A DNA stretch of 64,000 bases from an uncultured Pelagibacteraceae bacterium (GCA_902557215.1 CACDZM010000004.1:8831-72830), one strand, 5' to 3'; counted from the first letter of the stretch, positions 9,600 to 21,720 are shown. The notes: generated by a model not told the origin, from the letters alone. Numbers and translations are program-made.

Positions 9600-9627
9600 T
9601 TGCCAATGAGAACAAAATGTGTACATT
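9600..9627 (+). promoter_or_regulatory. recA promoter containing LexA box GAAC-N7-GTAC (9610-9624)
   Basis: TTGCCA (9600), 16 bp, TACATT (9622); GAAC-AAAATGT-GTAC covers the spacer and the start of the -10. Confidence 0.75.
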
Positions 9628-9673
9628 TATTATATGATTCGAGTGTTAAAAAAATTAAAAAAAAGGGCTAAAA

Positions 9674-10822
9674 ATGACGAAAAATAACCTAAAGGTAGTT
9701 AAATCTACCAAAGATCAAGAAATGGATATTAAAGAAAAAAACAAAGCATTAGATGCTGCAATCAGTCAAATAACAGACAGCTTTGGAAAAGGTTCAGTTA
9801 TGAAGCTTGGCGAAAAAAGAGCTATGGATATTGAGTCAATATCTACAGGTTCTTTGAGTCTAGATCTAGCTTTGGGAATAGGTGGATTACCTAAAGGAAG
9901 AATTATTGAAGTTTATGGACCAGAATCTTCAGGAAAAACAACATTAGCATTACAAGTAGTTGCTGAAGCTCAAAAAGCAGGCGGAATTTGTGCATTTGTT
10001 GATGCAGAGCATGCTTTAGATCCAGTTTATGCAAAAAAATTAGGTGTTAATACTGAGGAGCTTTTAATCTCACAACCAGATGCTGGTGAACAAGCTTTAG
10101 AAATTGCTGATACACTAGTAAAATCAGGCTCTATTTCAGTTATCGTAATTGATTCTGTTGCAGCTTTAACTCCAAAAGCTGAAATTGAAGGTGAGATGGG
10201 TGATCATCATGTTGGTCTTCAATCAAGATTAATGAGTCAAGCTTTAAGAAAATTAACTGGTTCAATCTCAAATACAAATACAATGATGATTTTCATTAAC
10301 CAAATTAGAATGAAAATTGGAGTTATGTTTGGAAGCCCTGAAACAACATCAGGAGGAAATGCACTTAAGTTTTATTCATCTGTAAGAATGGACATTAGAA
10401 GAATTGGTGCCATCAAAGATAAAGATGAAATTATCGGAAATACTACAAGAGTAAAAGTAGTTAAGAATAAAGTTGCGCCACCATTTAAAGTTGTCGAGTT
10501 TGATTTGATGTATGGAAGAGGTATTAGCAAAATGGGTGAGTTAGTCGATCTAGGTGCTAAAGCTGACATCATTGAAAAATCAGGAGCTTGGTATGCTTAT
10601 AAAGGCGAGAAAATTGGACAAGGCAGAGAAAATGCAAAAACTTATCTTGCACAAAACCCTAAAGTTGCTGCAGAAATAGAAATGGCAATTAGAGAAAAAG
10701 CTGGTGTGATTTCAAAGAAAATTGAAGGAAATCCATTAAGTCCAGAAAAAATTGAAAAGGAGAAAAAAGTAGCAGAAAAAGAAGAGGCTGCAAAGGAGAC
10801 TACTCCTACTAAAAAGAACTAG
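9674..10822 (+). CDS. recA: Recombinase RecA
   Basis: [38 protein letters not shown]; alternative start at 9722. Confidence 0.99.
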   Translation: MTKNNLKVVKSTKDQEMDIKEKNKALDAAISQITDSFGKGSVMKLGEKRAMDIESISTGSLSLDLALGIGGLPKGRIIEVYGPESSGKTTLALQVVAEAQKAGGICAFVDAEHALDPVYAKKLGVNTEELLISQPDAGEQALEIADTLVKSGSISVIVIDSVAALTPKAEIEGEMGDHHVGLQSRLMSQALRKLTGSISNTNTMMIFINQIRMKIGVMFGSPETTSGGNALKFYSSVRMDIRRIGAIKDKDEIIGNTTRVKVVKNKVAPPFKVVEFDLMYGRGISKMGELVDLGAKADIIEKSGAWYAYKGEKIGQGRENAKTYLAQNPKVAAEIEMAIREKAGVISKKIEGNPLSPEKIEKEKKVAEKEEAAKETTPTKKN

Positions 10823-10846
10823 AATTAAAGGTCATCTTTAAATTAT

Positions 10847-10871
10847 AAAGGCGCTTATTATAAGCGCCTTT
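10847..10871 (+). terminator. Stem-loop terminator after recA
   Basis: AAAGGCGCTTA-TTA-TAAGCGCCTTT perfect 11 bp inverted repeat; short U tract. Confidence 0.7.
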
Positions 10872-10921
10872 CCCCCTTATCGTTATCTAGACATAGAACA
10901 AAAAAGCTGTATTTTAAAAAT

Positions 10922-13588
10922 ATGGCGGACAAATCATTAAATGGTATAAGAAGTACCTTTCTTAAATACTTTGAGAAAAATGATCATAAGATTGTTGAGT
11001 CTAGTAATTTAGTTCCAAATAATGATCCAACCTTAATGTTTGCAAATTCAGGGATGGTTCAGTTTAAAAATGTGTTTACAGGTTTAGAGAAAAGAGATTA
11101 TCAAAGGGCTACTACTTCACAAAAATGTGTTAGAGCAGGTGGAAAACATAATGACTTAGAAAACGTTGGTTATACACCAAGGCATCATACTTTTTTTGAA
11201 ATGTTGGGAAACTTTTCTTTTGGAGATTATTTTAAAGAGAGAGGAATTGAACTTGCATGGAATTTAATTACTAAAGATTTTGGTCTAGACAAAAATAGGC
11301 TTTATGTAACAGTTTTTCACGAAGATGATGAAGCGTTTAATTTTTGGAAGAAAATAGGGGGTTTTAGCGATGATAGAATAATTAGAATTGCAACATCTGA
11401 TAACTTTTGGTCAATGGGTGAGACTGGTCCTTGCGGTCCTTGCTCAGAAATATTTTATGATCATGGTGATCATTTAAAAGGTGGATTGCCAGGGACGAAA
11501 GATCAAGATGGAGATCGTTTTATTGAAATTTGGAACTTGGTCTTTATGCAGTATGAGCAAGTCTCAAAGGAAAAAAGAATAGATTTGCCAAAACCATCTG
11601 TTGATACAGGGATGGGATTAGAGAGAATTGCAGCTCTTTTACAAGGCACACACGATAATTATCAAACTGATCATTTTAAAAAATTAATTAGCTCAATATC
11701 TGATGTAACAAAAGTCAAACAAGAAGATAAAAATATATCAAGTTTTAGAGTAATTGCTGATCACTTAAGAGCAAGCTCATTTCTTTTGGCTGAAGGAGTT
11801 TTACCATCAAATGAAGGTCGTGGATATGTTTTAAGAAGAATTATGAGAAGAGGAATGAGACATTCTCATTTGTTAGGATCTAAAGAACCAATTTTTTATA
11901 AAATTTTTGACTCTTTAAAAAATGAGATGTCAGGAAATTATCCAGAGCTTGAAAGATCTCAATCTTTAATCAAAGAAACTTTAAGGATGGAGGAGGAAAA
12001 ATTTTTAGTTTTACTTGATAGAGGTATCAAAATTTTGAATAATGAAATTGCAAAAATAGATAAAGTTTTACCTGGGGATGTCGCTTTCAAATTATATGAC
12101 ACCTACGGTTTTCCATTAGATCTTACTGAAGACATTTTAAAGAATAAATCATTAAAAGTTGATCATCAGAAATTTGATGAATTAATGAAAAAAAGCAAAG
12201 AACTTGCAAAAAAGAATTGGAAAGGTTCTGGAGATAGTTCTGAGGAGGCTATTTGGTTTTCAATTAAAGATAAAACTGGTCCAACAGAATTTTTAGGTTA
12301 CGAGTCTAATCAGTCTGAGGGTGTTGTGTTAAACTTAATTAAAGATAACAAAGAGACAAAATCTTTATATTCTGGGGAAGAGGGAATGATCATTACCAAT
12401 CAAACCCCGTTTTATGGAGAGTCAGGCGGACAACTTGGTGATAAAGGTACAATTGTTTCTGGTAATTCTGTTTTTGAAGTAGAAGATACGCAAAAGAAAC
12501 TTGGAGACTTATTTGTTCATTACGGATCTTTGAAAACTGGAGAAATAAAAATTAATGATGCGGTGGAAATGAAAATAGACATAAAGAGAAGAGATAACTT
12601 GAAAGCTTACCATTCTGCTACTCACTTGCTCCACGAGTCACTAAGAAGAACCTTAGGCAAACATGTTATGCAAAAAGGATCATTAGTTGCACCTGACAGA
12701 CTAAGATTTGACTTCAGTCATATGAAACCAATTACTAATGAGGAGTTAGAGACTATCGATAAGTTGGTTAATGAATATGTTTCAAATAGTTCTGAGGTAA
12801 CAACAAGAATTATGACACCAAAAGCCGCTATTGAAAAAGGGGCCTTAGCTTTTTTTGGTGAAAAGTATGGTGAAGAAGTTCGTGTAGTTTCAATGGGTAA
12901 AGAAAAAGAAGCTTATTTTTCAACAGAATTGTGTGGAGGAACTCATGTCAAAAATACGGGAGATATTGGAAAATTTAAGACAGTAAGTCAATCATCTATA
13001 GCTGCGGGAGTAAGAAGGGTAGAAGCTTTAAGAGACAGTCAACTAGAAGAATATATTAAAAATAAAGAAAAAATCTCATCATTATCAATTCAGAAAGATG
13101 AAGAGACTATAAAAAAATTATCAGCTCAAATAATAAAGCTTGGAGGTAAACCAAATATTGAAAATGAAGATCTTAAAGAACTTATAAAAAATCTTACCAA
13201 AAAGCTTGAACAATTAAATGTTAGTTCAGTTCTTAAAGATAAAACAAAAAATATTATAAAAGATCAAGAAATCAATAAAATTAAAGTTAGATTTCAAAAA
13301 GTTAAAGATTTGCCACCAAAAGATTTAAGAAAATTAGTTGATAGTGGTAAAAAAGAGTTAGGTGAAGGTATTGTAGTTATATTCGCAAGTAGTGATGGTA
13401 AAGTTGGTTTAGGGGTTGGTATAACTAATAAATTAATTGACAAATATGATGCGGTAAAATTTGTAAAATTAGGCTCTGAAATCATTGGTGGAAAAGGTGG
13501 TGGTGGAAGAAAAGATTTTGCTCAAGCAGGTGGACAAGACCAAAACAAAATTGATGAGGCTTTTGAAAAAATTAAGTCTCTAATTTAA
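10922..13588 (+). CDS. alaS: Alanine--tRNA ligase
   Basis: [42 protein letters not shown] editing site, ELCGGTH, GKGGG. Confidence 0.99.
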   Translation: MADKSLNGIRSTFLKYFEKNDHKIVESSNLVPNNDPTLMFANSGMVQFKNVFTGLEKRDYQRATTSQKCVRAGGKHNDLENVGYTPRHHTFFEMLGNFSFGDYFKERGIELAWNLITKDFGLDKNRLYVTVFHEDDEAFNFWKKIGGFSDDRIIRIATSDNFWSMGETGPCGPCSEIFYDHGDHLKGGLPGTKDQDGDRFIEIWNLVFMQYEQVSKEKRIDLPKPSVDTGMGLERIAALLQGTHDNYQTDHFKKLISSISDVTKVKQEDKNISSFRVIADHLRASSFLLAEGVLPSNEGRGYVLRRIMRRGMRHSHLLGSKEPIFYKIFDSLKNEMSGNYPELERSQSLIKETLRMEEEKFLVLLDRGIKILNNEIAKIDKVLPGDVAFKLYDTYGFPLDLTEDILKNKSLKVDHQKFDELMKKSKELAKKNWKGSGDSSEEAIWFSIKDKTGPTEFLGYESNQSEGVVLNLIKDNKETKSLYSGEEGMIITNQTPFYGESGGQLGDKGTIVSGNSVFEVEDTQKKLGDLFVHYGSLKTGEIKINDAVEMKIDIKRRDNLKAYHSATHLLHESLRRTLGKHVMQKGSLVAPDRLRFDFSHMKPITNEELETIDKLVNEYVSNSSEVTTRIMTPKAAIEKGALAFFGEKYGEEVRVVSMGKEKEAYFSTELCGGTHVKNTGDIGKFKTVSQSSIAAGVRRVEALRDSQLEEYIKNKEKISSLSIQKDEETIKKLSAQIIKLGGKPNIENEDLKELIKNLTKKLEQLNVSSVLKDKTKNIIKDQEINKIKVRFQKVKDLPPKDLRKLVDSGKKELGEGIVVIFASSDGKVGLGVGITNKLIDKYDAVKFVKLGSEIIGGKGGGGRKDFAQAGGQDQNKIDEAFEKIKSLI

Positions 13589-14794
13589 TTTCTTCTTAAG
13601 ATTATTATCAATTGCATCCAAAAATTGATTGGTTGTGAGATATTTACTTGATGGACCAACTAATATTGCAAGGTCTTTAGTCATTGATCCACTTTCAACG
13701 CAATTAATACAAACTTGTTCAAGAGTATTTACAAATTTTATTAACTCATTATTTCCATCTAATTTACCCCTATGGGCCAAACCTCTAGTCCAAGCAAATA
13801 TCGAAGCGATCGGATTTGTTGAAGTTTCCTTTCCTTGTTGGTGTAAACGATAATGTCTAGTCACAGTCCCATGTGCAGCCTCAGCTTCCATAATTTTCCC
13901 ATCTGGTGTCAACAATGTACTTGTCATTAATCCTAAAGATCCATAACCTTGGGCCATAGTATCAGATTGAACATCGCCATCATAATTTTTACAAGCCCAA
14001 ATATATTTTCCACTCCATTTCATTGCACACGCAACCATATCGTCTATCAGTCTATGCTCGTAGGTTAAATTGTGTTTCTCAAAATCTTTTTTATATTCTT
14101 TATCAAAAATTTCTTGAAATATATCTTTAAATCTTCCGTCATATTTTTTTAAAATAGTATTTTTTGTAGACATATAAACAGGCCATTTTTTTATCAGCCC
14201 ATAACTAAAACAAGATCTTGCAAAGTCTTCTATTGATTTATCTAAATTATACATTGATAACGCAACTCCAGGCCCAGTAAAATTAAATACCTCATATTTA
14301 ATTTCATCTTTACCATTCTCTGAAGTCCATTTTACTTCCATTTTACCTTTTCCAGGAACTTTAAAGTCAGTCGCACGGTACTGATCACCAAAGGCATGTC
14401 TTCCAATTACAACGGGGTCAGTCCACGATGGAACTAATTTTGGAATATTTGAGCAAATTATTGGTTCTCTAAATACAGTTCCACCAATAATATTTCTGAT
14501 AGTACCATTTGGAGATCTCCACATCTTTTTTAAATCAAACTCTTTTACCCTCGCCTCATCAGGTGTTATTGTTGCACATTTAATGCCAACCCCAATTTTT
14601 TTGATTGCGTTAGCTGAATCTATTGTAATTTGATCGTTGGTATTATCTCTACTCTTCATGCCAAGGTCATAATACTCTATGCCAAGATCTAGATATGGGA
14701 GAATTAGTTTATTTTTAATAAATTCCCAGATAATTCTTGTCATCTCATCCCCATCTAGCTCAACAACAGGGTTTTTAATGTTAATTTTGCTCAC
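13580..14794 (-). CDS. icd: NADP-dependent isocitrate dehydrogenase (type II)
   Basis: [48 protein letters not shown]; GTG start. Confidence 0.98.
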   Translation of the reverse strand: MSKINIKNPVVELDGDEMTRIIWEFIKNKLILPYLDLGIEYYDLGMKSRDNTNDQITIDSANAIKKIGVGIKCATITPDEARVKEFDLKKMWRSPNGTIRNIIGGTVFREPIICSNIPKLVPSWTDPVVIGRHAFGDQYRATDFKVPGKGKMEVKWTSENGKDEIKYEVFNFTGPGVALSMYNLDKSIEDFARSCFSYGLIKKWPVYMSTKNTILKKYDGRFKDIFQEIFDKEYKKDFEKHNLTYEHRLIDDMVACAMKWSGKYIWACKNYDGDVQSDTMAQGYGSLGLMTSTLLTPDGKIMEAEAAHGTVTRHYRLHQQGKETSTNPIASIFAWTRGLAHRGKLDGNNELIKFVNTLEQVCINCVESGSMTKDLAILVGPSSKYLTTNQFLDAIDNNLKKKLN

Positions 14795-14870
14795 TTATTT
14801 ATATATATCTTATTAATTGAATTTCGCGATTTTATATACATATTAATGAAAAATTATCAAATAGAAGAAT

Positions 14871-15518
14871 ATGTTTAGCAAGATATTTCCGAAAATTCAC
14901 GTTGACGGCTATAAGTTTTTAGTTATCTCAGGAATAATTACAATAGTCTTTTATATTTTTAGTGATTTTTTAGCTTTACTCGGTCTTCTATTAACAATTT
15001 GGGTTTATTATTTTTTTAGAGATCCTGAAAGAATTGCCATTGAAGATGACAATTACCTGGTTAGCCCAGCTGATGGGGAGGTTATTAAAGTTGAAGAAGT
15101 AAATGGACCAAAGGAGCTTAACTTAGAAAACAAAAGATTTAAAAAAATAAGTATTTTTATGAATGTGTTTGATTGTCATGTAAATAGAACTCCTTGTGCT
15201 GGAAAGATTGAAGAAATTTTGTATAAACCTGGAAAATTTTTGAATGCTTCTCTAGACAAAGCTAGCGAAGATAATGAGAGAAATTATTATAAAATTAAAG
15301 ACAATCAAAATAATGATATTATTTTAGTCCAAATTGCTGGTTTAGTAGCTCGAAGAATTGTTTGTGAGGCTAGTAAGGATCAAGAGCTCAAACAAGGAGA
15401 AAGAGTTGGGATGATAAGATTTGGAAGTAGAGCTGACATATACTATGAAAATTATGAACCATTAGTAAAAGTTGGTCAAAAAGCTATTTCAGGTGAAACG
15501 TTATTAGCTAAGAAATAA
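14871..15518 (+). CDS. psd: Phosphatidylserine decarboxylase proenzyme
   Basis: FFRDPER, SPADG, IFMNVFDCHVNR, QIAGLVARRI, RFGS cleavage motif. Confidence 0.96.
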   Translation: MFSKIFPKIHVDGYKFLVISGIITIVFYIFSDFLALLGLLLTIWVYYFFRDPERIAIEDDNYLVSPADGEVIKVEEVNGPKELNLENKRFKKISIFMNVFDCHVNRTPCAGKIEEILYKPGKFLNASLDKASEDNERNYYKIKDNQNNDIILVQIAGLVARRIVCEASKDQELKQGERVGMIRFGSRADIYYENYEPLVKVGQKAISGETLLAKK

Positions 15519-15519
15519 C

Positions 15520-16323
15520 ATGGAACAACCAAAAAATAATTTGAAATTAGTGGCAGATAAAAAAAAAGCCAGGATGATTTTGCCAAATATGCTTACCTTG
15601 ATTGGTGTTTGCATAGGTTTAACATCAATTAGATTTGCTTTAGATGGAAGATTTGAATTCGCTATAATAGCAATTATTTTTGCCGCTTTAATTGATGGTC
15701 TTGATGGAAGGATTGCTAGGTTGATTAAAGGTACATCAAAAGTTGGTAAAGAACTAGACTCACTTACAGATATGATTAGTTTTGGTGTTGCTCCAGCTTT
15801 TATAATGTATTTTTGGAAATTAAATTCATTAGGTCGTTTTGGCTGGTTACTTTGTTTAGTATTTGTAATTTGTGTAGCATTGAGGCTAGCAAGATTTAAT
15901 GTTAATTCAAATCAAGAACCCTCTTGGAGGGATAATTTTTTTGAAGGAGTTCCATCACCAGCAGGTGGAATTTTAGTTTTGACTCCACTTATTATAAGCT
16001 TAAGTGGATTTAATTTTATAAAATTAAACTATGATTTAATTGTTCCAATATTTTTTGTTGTAACATCTTTTTTACTAATAAGTAAATTTCCAAGTTACTC
16101 TTTTAAAAAGATAGTTATACCACGAAGAACTACAATATTTTTATTATTCGGGATTGTTTTATTTTTTGGACTATTGCTGATCTATACTTTTAACGTAATA
16201 GCAATTAGCACTTTAGTTTATTTAATTTTGTTACCAGTAAGCTATTTTCATTATCAAAAAATTAAAAAAAAACATGAAAAGGACAAAATTCAGGACGAAG
16301 ATGACCTTGAAGACGTACTTTAA
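15520..16323 (+). CDS. pssA: CDP-diacylglycerol--serine O-phosphatidyltransferase
   Basis: DGLDGRIAR...G.ELDSL.D.ISFGVAPA, LRLARFN; follows psd. Confidence 0.95.
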   Translation: MEQPKNNLKLVADKKKARMILPNMLTLIGVCIGLTSIRFALDGRFEFAIIAIIFAALIDGLDGRIARLIKGTSKVGKELDSLTDMISFGVAPAFIMYFWKLNSLGRFGWLLCLVFVICVALRLARFNVNSNQEPSWRDNFFEGVPSPAGGILVLTPLIISLSGFNFIKLNYDLIVPIFFVVTSFLLISKFPSYSFKKIVIPRRTTIFLLFGIVLFFGLLLIYTFNVIAISTLVYLILLPVSYFHYQKIKKKHEKDKIQDEDDLEDVL

Positions 16324-17231
16324 TGAAAAAAAATGTAATTGTTTCATTAGCTGATTCTAATTATTTTCCTTTATTAGAAGAATTAATAGCATCAATTAAA
16401 AGGTTCAAGGGTAGTGATAATGTTGCTATTTGCATTTTAGATGCAGGTTTAACTAATGAACAAAAAGAAAAATTAAATAAAACAGTGGATGAAATTAAAA
16501 GTGCTGAATGGGATATAGAAGTCCCTAAACATAAAATCAATGGCAAAGAGTGGCTTAAAAGTCAGGTCTCAAGGGCATTTTTACCAAAATATTTTCCTGA
16601 TTATGAAAAATACCTTTGGATAGATTGTGACGCTTGGGTTAATGACTGGAAATGTATAGATTTATATTTTAAGGCGTGCGAGAATGGAAAGTTAGGAATT
16701 ACTCAAACGATAGGTCCTGGATATAAAGTTACTTCAAGAGTGAATTGGCTGCTTGGAAAATTAGCTGTAATTAAATCACAAAACTTTAAACATGCTGTTA
16801 AATCAGGAATTAACTATAAAGACTCAAGAAAATTAGCCTTTGCACCTCATATCAATATTGGTGTTTTCTCTCTTGAAAAAAATTCAAAAGGATGGATATC
16901 CTGGCAAAATAATTTAACCAAGACATTAAAATCTGGAAATATTTTTGGATCAGAGGGTTTAGCTATTAATATGTCTGTCTACATTGATAATTTAGACACT
17001 GAATTTTTACCATTGAACTGCAACTGGATTACAAGCAATCTACTTCCAAAATATGATGATGAACAAAAAACCTTTGTAGAGCCTTATTTACCTAATTATA
17101 AAATTGGCATAATTCATCTAGCTGCTGGGATTTGGAAAGATGGTAAAGATATGAGGCAAGACAAAAGTATAAAAATTGAAATAGAAAATTTACACAATAA
17201 AAAAATCTTAAAAAGTCTAAGATATAATTAA
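16323..17231 (+). CDS. GT-A fold glycosyltransferase (GT8-like), substrate unknown
   Basis: ADSNY, ILDAGL, YLWIDCD (DxD), NIGVF, IIHLAAG. Confidence 0.65.
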   Translation: MKKNVIVSLADSNYFPLLEELIASIKRFKGSDNVAICILDAGLTNEQKEKLNKTVDEIKSAEWDIEVPKHKINGKEWLKSQVSRAFLPKYFPDYEKYLWIDCDAWVNDWKCIDLYFKACENGKLGITQTIGPGYKVTSRVNWLLGKLAVIKSQNFKHAVKSGINYKDSRKLAFAPHINIGVFSLEKNSKGWISWQNNLTKTLKSGNIFGSEGLAINMSVYIDNLDTEFLPLNCNWITSNLLPKYDDEQKTFVEPYLPNYKIGIIHLAAGIWKDGKDMRQDKSIKIEIENLHNKKILKSLRYN

Positions 17232-17843
17232 TTGAAGAAAAATAAAATTTCAAAAAATTGGATCAATAAACAAAAACGAGATATATATGTGCGTCAATCT
17301 AAAGTTGACGGATACAGAGCAAGATCAGCTTATAAATTAATTGAAATTAATGAAAAGTTTAAAATATTTCAAAATGAAATGTCAGTTTTAGATATTGGTG
17401 CAGCTCCTGGAAGCTGGTCCCAGTATGTTTCTAAGGTTGTAAAAAATGGAACTTTGATTTCAATTGATCTAAAAAAAATGGAGAATATACAAAACTCTAT
17501 TCAAATAGAGGGCGATTTTACTGATTTCAAGACTCAATCTAAGATTAAAAAATACTTTAAAGATGAAATTAATGTTGTTTTGTCTGATATGGCAGTTAAT
17601 ACAACTGGAATAAAAAATTTAGATGCAATTCAAACTGGTGAATTGTGCAAAGAAGCAATGATATTTGCTAAAGATTTTCTGTCTAAGAAGGGCATTTTTG
17701 TTTCTAAAATATTTATTGGAAGTTCTTTTAATGAAATTGTCGCACTTGGAAAAAAGATTTTTAAAGAAGTGAAGATTTTTAAACCTAAGTCGAGTCGAAA
17801 AGGTTCAAAGGAAAGTTTTATAATCTGTAAAAATCTTAGATAG
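17232..17843 (+). CDS. rlmE: 23S rRNA Um2552 methyltransferase RlmE/FtsJ
   Basis: YRARSAYKL, DIGAAPGSWSQ, VLSDMA, KPKSSR..S.E. Confidence 0.95.
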   Translation: MKKNKISKNWINKQKRDIYVRQSKVDGYRARSAYKLIEINEKFKIFQNEMSVLDIGAAPGSWSQYVSKVVKNGTLISIDLKKMENIQNSIQIEGDFTDFKTQSKIKKYFKDEINVVLSDMAVNTTGIKNLDAIQTGELCKEAMIFAKDFLSKKGIFVSKIFIGSSFNEIVALGKKIFKEVKIFKPKSSRKGSKESFIICKNLR

Positions 17844-17874
17844 ATACTTTTATTTTAAAAGGAATCATATATAA

Positions 17875-18957
17875 ATGATTATGGTTCCTATAAAAGAAGC
17901 ACTAACCTTTGATGATGTTACTTTAGTTCCTAAGTACTCAGAAGTATTGCCATCCGAAGTTGACACTAGTATCAAGCTAACTAAGTTTTTGAAACTTAAA
18001 ATACCACTTTTATCTTCGGCAATGGATACAGTAACAGAAAGTAAAATGGCTATTGCAATAGCAAAAGCTGGTGGTTTAGGAATAATTCACAGAAATTTAG
18101 AGATAAAGAAACAAGTTAGTGAAGTTAAAAAAGTAAAAAAATTGAGTTTATTAGTTGGCGCTGCCGTTGGCGCAGGTCCTAGAGAAGTCAAAAGAGCTGA
18201 AACACTATTAAAAGAAAATTTAGATATGATTGTTGTTGATACAGCTCATGGTCATAGCAAAAAAGTTTTTGAAATAATAAGTTTCATAAAAAAGAAAAAA
18301 AATAAAAAAACTGCTTTATGTGCTGGGAATATAGCTACACCAGAGGCAGCAAAATTTCTACTTAAAGCAGGAGTTGATGTAATTAAAGTTGGTATTGGTC
18401 CCGGTTCAATCTGCACAACAAGATTAGTGGCAGGTATAGGAGTTCCTCAATTGAGTGCAATTTTAAATGTAAGATTAGGCATTAAAAATAAAAATGTAAA
18501 AATTATTTCTGATGGAGGAATAAAGTACTCTGGCGACCTTGCTAAAGCTTTTGCAGCAGGGGCAGATGCAGTGATGATAGGTTCATTATTTGCAGGAACG
18601 GATGAAACTCCAGGCAAACTTATAAAAAAAAACGGAAAATTATATAAAAGCTTCAGGGGAATGGGTTCTGTTGGAGCAATGAACAAAGGATCAGCTGATA
18701 GATATTTTCAATCAAAACAAAAGGATCAATCTAAGTATGTACCTGAGGGAGTTGAGGGATTGGCAAAATATAAGGGTAAAGTTGATAAAATTATTTTTAA
18801 ATTAGTTGGTGGTTTAAGATCCTCTATGGGTTATCTTGGGTCTAAACAAATAAAATATTTAAGAAGTAAACCACAATTTGTAAAAATTACAAAAGCTGGA
18901 TTTTATGAAAGCATGGTCCATAATGTTGATGTTATTAAAAGTGATAGAAAGTACTAA
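17875..18957 (+). CDS. guaB: IMP dehydrogenase lacking the CBS domain pair
   Basis: [40 protein letters not shown]; only 360 aa. Confidence 0.96.
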   Translation: MIMVPIKEALTFDDVTLVPKYSEVLPSEVDTSIKLTKFLKLKIPLLSSAMDTVTESKMAIAIAKAGGLGIIHRNLEIKKQVSEVKKVKKLSLLVGAAVGAGPREVKRAETLLKENLDMIVVDTAHGHSKKVFEIISFIKKKKNKKTALCAGNIATPEAAKFLLKAGVDVIKVGIGPGSICTTRLVAGIGVPQLSAILNVRLGIKNKNVKIISDGGIKYSGDLAKAFAAGADAVMIGSLFAGTDETPGKLIKKNGKLYKSFRGMGSVGAMNKGSADRYFQSKQKDQSKYVPEGVEGLAKYKGKVDKIIFKLVGGLRSSMGYLGSKQIKYLRSKPQFVKITKAGFYESMVHNVDVIKSDRKY

Positions 18958-19397
18958 TGAAAAAAATTTCTAAATTAATTTTGCTGCTTTATTTTTCATT
19001 GAATACTTTTAGCCATTCTTATGCAGAAGAAAATTTTTTTAACAAAGGATTGAAGTTATACAAAGATAAAAAATATGAGGATGCTCGATTTATGTTTGAA
19101 AGGGGAATTGTATTTAATCCAAAAGACTTTAATTCATATCTTTATTTGGCAAAAATTTATAATCAACAAGATGATCAAGATAAAGAAGAAAAAAATTTGG
19201 ACGCGACATTGCTTATAGAACCTGGCAACGAGGAAGCCTTACTAATGTCTATGAAAATTGCTCTAAAAAGATCTAATTATTCAAAGGTAAAAGAATTATC
19301 TAAAACTTTTTCTAAAGTTTGCAAAAAATTATGTGCTGAAAATAAAGATATTCAAGAGACACTTGCAAATATAGAACCTAAAAATAATGAGTCTTGA
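18957..19397 (+). CDS. Exported TPR-repeat protein
   Basis: Signal peptide; TPR-like pattern FNKGLKLY...YEDA..FERG...NP...YLYLAKIY. Confidence 0.7.
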   Translation: MKKISKLILLLYFSLNTFSHSYAEENFFNKGLKLYKDKKYEDARFMFERGIVFNPKDFNSYLYLAKIYNQQDDQDKEEKNLDATLLIEPGNEEALLMSMKIALKRSNYSKVKELSKTFSKVCKKLCAENKDIQETLANIEPKNNES

Positions 19398-20950
19398 TAA
19401 AAATTTGAAGAAGATTTTGATTATAGATTTTGGTTCACAATTTACTCAATTGATAGCTAGAAGAATAAGAGAGTTGGGAGTTTTTTCAGAAATAATAAGT
19501 CATAAAAAAATTGAAAACAGACATATTAATCAATCAATTAAAGGAATAATTTTATCAGGCGGCCCTTTAAATGTTTATCAGATCAACAGATACACTTTTG
19601 ACAAAAAAATTATTGAAAATCGAGTACCAATTTTGGGTATATGTTTTGGCCATCAAATACTTTCAAAGTTAGGTGGAGGTAAGGTAAAACAATCCAAACA
19701 CAGAGAGTTTGGTTTAGTTGATATAAAAAAAAAAAATAATAGTATTTTAACTCGAAATTTTTTTGATAAACAAAATAAAAACAGAGTGTGGATGAGTCAT
19801 GCTGATCAAGTTTCAAAGTTACCTAAAAATTTCAAGGTTATAGCTTCAAGCAATAATTCTAAATTTGCAATTATTGAAAACAAAAAAAAAAATTTTTATG
19901 GTGTACAATTTCATCCAGAAGTTACACATACAGAAAATGGAAAAAAATTAATAAAAAATTTTGTATTTTTGATCTGTAAGATTAAAAAAAATTGGTCTCC
20001 AAAAGATCAAAAGATTAAATTAATAAAAGAAGTTCAAGAAATAGTTGGGACCAATAAAGTTATATGTGCTTTATCTGGTGGTGTTGATAGTAGTGTTGTT
20101 GCTCAATTACTAAATAAAGCGATTGGTAAGAAATTATTTTGTGTATTTGTTAATACTGGGTTGCTCAGAAAAAATGAGGAAATACAAGTAGTAAAAACTT
20201 TTAAAAAAAAACTTAAAATAAATCTTATCTACGTTAATGCAGAAAAAGAATTTTTGAGAAAACTTCATAATGTCTCAGAGCCAGAGAAAAAGAGAAAAAT
20301 AATTGGAAATTTATTTATTAAGATTTTTGAAAGATACGCAAAAAAAATAAAAAATGTAAAGTTTTTAGCTCAAGGAACGCTCTACCCAGATCTCATTGAG
20401 AGCAAATCAGTAACTGGTAGTCAAACATCTAAAATTAAATCTCATCATAATGTGGGTGGTTTGCCAAAAAAAATGAAACTAAAACTTATAGAACCTCTTA
20501 AATTCTTATTTAAAGACGAAGTCAGAAAACTGGGGCTAGAGTTAAATCTTAATAAAGAAATTATCTCAAGGCATCCTTTTCCAGGCCCAGGCTTAGCAAT
20601 CAGAATGCCAGGAATCATTACTAAAGAAAAAATTAAGATATTAAAAGAGGCTGATAACTATTTTATCCAAGCTCTAAAGGATCACAATTTATACGACAAA
20701 ATTTGGCAAGCTTATGCAGCTTTACTCCCAGTAAAAACAGTCGGAGTAATGGGAGACAATAGAACTTACGAATATTTATGTTTATTGAGAGCTATTACAT
20801 CCGAAGATGGAATGACAGCTGATTTTTTTGATTTTAAAAAAAACATTTATTCAAAAGATTTCCAATAAAATTGTAAATAGCATAAGAGGTATAAATAGAG
20901 TAGTTTATGATGTTACATCAAAACCACCGAGCACTATTGAACTTGAATGA
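19387..20950 (+). CDS. guaA: GMP synthase (glutamine-hydrolysing), with a +1 frameshift in the A8 run at 20836-20843 as given
   Basis: [40 protein letters not shown]; conserved tail [19 protein letters not shown] lies in the +1 frame and ends at TGA 20948-20950. Confidence 0.93.
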
Positions 20951-21720
20951 ACAAGATTAAAAAGATAATTGATAAAAAAAATAAATCTAAAATTGTTTGC
21001 CTGACAGCTTATTCAAAAAATATTGCCGAGGAGTTAGATAAGTATGTTGACATTGTTTTAGTTGGAGATTCGCTTGGGTCTGTACTATATAATTATTCAA
21101 CTACTAGAAAAGTTACACTGACAGAGATGATAAATCATTCCAAAAGTGTAAGGCCTGGGGTTAAAAAAAGTTTAATGGTAGTTGATATGCCATTTAATAC
21201 TTATGCAAACAAAAATTTGGCTTTAAAGAATGCTAAAAAAATTATTAAAAAGACAAAGTGTGATGCTGTTAAACTAGAGGGAGGAAAAAAGATTATCAGT
21301 CAGGTGAAGTTTTTAATTAAAAATAAGATACCAGTAATGGGCCATCTTGGGTTGTTACCTCAATCTGCGAAAGGTAAATTTAAGTCTAAAGGAAAAACAC
21401 CTAAAGAGATCAATCAACTCATGAACGATGCTGTATTACTTCAAAAAACTGGTGTCTTTGCAATAGTTTTAGAGTGTATTAAGTCATCAATAGCAAAACA
21501 AATAACAAAAAAATTGAAAATTCCAACAATTGGTATTGGTTCATCGGTCTATTGCGATGGCCAAGTACTAGTTACAGATGATTTAATTGGTTTAAATCAA
21601 ACAAAAATTAAATTTGTTAAAAGATTTGTAAATGTAAAAAAATATATTAAAGCAGGAATAAGAAAATTTGCTTCAGAGGTGAGATCAAAGAAATATCCAA
21701 CAAGAAAATATTCTTATTAA
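20947..21720 (+). CDS. panB: 3-methyl-2-oxobutanoate hydroxymethyltransferase
   Basis: [44 protein letters not shown]. Confidence 0.96.
   Translation: MNKIKKIIDKKNKSKIVCLTAYSKNIAEELDKYVDIVLVGDSLGSVLYNYSTTRKVTLTEMINHSKSVRPGVKKSLMVVDMPFNTYANKNLALKNAKKIIKKTKCDAVKLEGGKKIISQVKFLIKNKIPVMGHLGLLPQSAKGKFKSKGKTPKEINQLMNDAVLLQKTGVFAIVLECIKSSIAKQITKKLKIPTIGIGSSVYCDGQVLVTDDLIGLNQTKIKFVKRFVNVKKYIKAGIRKFASEVRSKKYPTRKYSY

Noticed and set aside
20832-20844. Programmed -1 ribosomal frameshift at slippery-looking T TTA AAA / A AAA AAC in guaA
   Set aside because: The missing tail needs a +1 shift, no stimulatory structure is evident, and a homopolymer error is simpler.
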